Shown here one piece after another: positions 52,073 through 52,198 of a stretch of 52,198 nucleotides of DNA. The notes below the pieces were generated by a model. That model made no database searches. It worked only from the letters and a program-made list of their open reading frames with translations, and was not told the origin of the DNA. Origin of the DNA: Gaiellales bacterium (GTDB lineage: Bacteria; Actinomycetota; Thermoleophilia; Gaiellales; JAICJC01). The stretch covers positions 1 to 52,198 of the forward strand of contig DATLLX010000016.1 in the NCBI GenBank assembly GCA_035537595.1. The letters are read 5' to 3'. The first letter of the stretch is position 1. The number at the start of each line of letters is the position of its first letter. A program made the position numbers and the translations under genes.

Positions 52073-52198
52073 GCCACCGGCAGACGCTGGGCGCGCTCCA
52101 GCGTGTCCAGGATCTCGGGACGGCGGTCGTCCTCGCTGCCGGCCTGCTCGCTCAACGTGGCCAGCAGGCCGATCGAGTGGCGATCGGCCTCGAGGATG
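51963..52198. repeat. Perfect terminal inverted repeat (110-nt arms, 16-nt spacer) ending exactly at the window end
   Basis: The reverse complement of 52089-52198 is identical, base for base, to 51963-52072. The spacer is 52073-52088. This is corroborated by the + frame and the minus-strand track ORF (51256..52155) both encoding SEQAGSEDDRRPEILDTLERA. Confidence 0.95.

Noticed and set aside
51256-52155. The 299-aa minus-strand track ORF as a real gene.
   Set aside because: Its first about 60 residues are a mirror copy generated by the terminal palindrome. The rest is antisense to a plus-strand frame with PilZ motifs and better composition.
51963-52198. The terminal inverted repeat as a genuine hairpin telomere of a linear replicon, or as a transposon terminal repeat.
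   Set aside because: The repeat axis lies in the middle of a protein-coding frame. The arms are 100% identical, and no resolvase, telomerase-like or transposase genes are nearby. An assembly or library chimera is the simpler explanation. It is kept as a finding because reads are needed to decide.

Overview
This is a 52.2-kb, very G+C-rich (about 70% or more) bacterial chromosomal segment. It is gene-dense, mostly transcribed on the minus strand, and has many 4-nt NTGA stop/start overlaps. The content is mainly conserved housekeeping synteny. One block is recN-nadK-tlyA-ispA-xseB(like)-nusB-asp23-accC-accB-efp (Firmicute-like order). It joins directly to efp-pepP-aroQ-[two-component system]-aroK/aroB-aroC-[pip, DHFR-like]-prepilin peptidase-aroE remnant-mltG-ruvX-alaS (Actinobacteria-like order). 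After that come DUF948, mnmA, a threonine-aldolase-like gene, cysteine desulfurase, aspS, hisS, and a split histidine-utilisation set (hutI, hutU, hutH, glutamate formimidoyltransferase). I recognised no rRNA, tRNA, CRISPR array or transposase gene. Two coding regions are missing from the ORF track because they run off the window ends: a SARP/BTAD transmembrane regulator (1-2410, minus) and a PilZ-domain ORF (from about 51382, plus). The most notable observations are these. (1) AccB is fused to a full-length OadA/PycB-type carboxyltransferase domain that has lost its metal and substrate ligands. (2) A roughly 540-nt G+C-depressed, hairpin-dense intergenic region (47995-48535) may be a large structured RNA or leader. 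(3) MnmA carries an N-terminal IscU-like three-Cys domain. (4) aroE has an internal out-of-frame deletion inside an otherwise intact shikimate cluster. (5) A roughly 250-bp element bounded by inverted repeats sits where dxs would be expected. (6) Two genes appear to start at a CTG inside a CTGA overlap. (7) The last 110 nt of the window are a perfect reverse-complement copy of 51963-52072, which is probably an assembly foldback. I did not find a clear defence or mobile system. All family calls rest on my reading of motifs and synteny, not on database searches.
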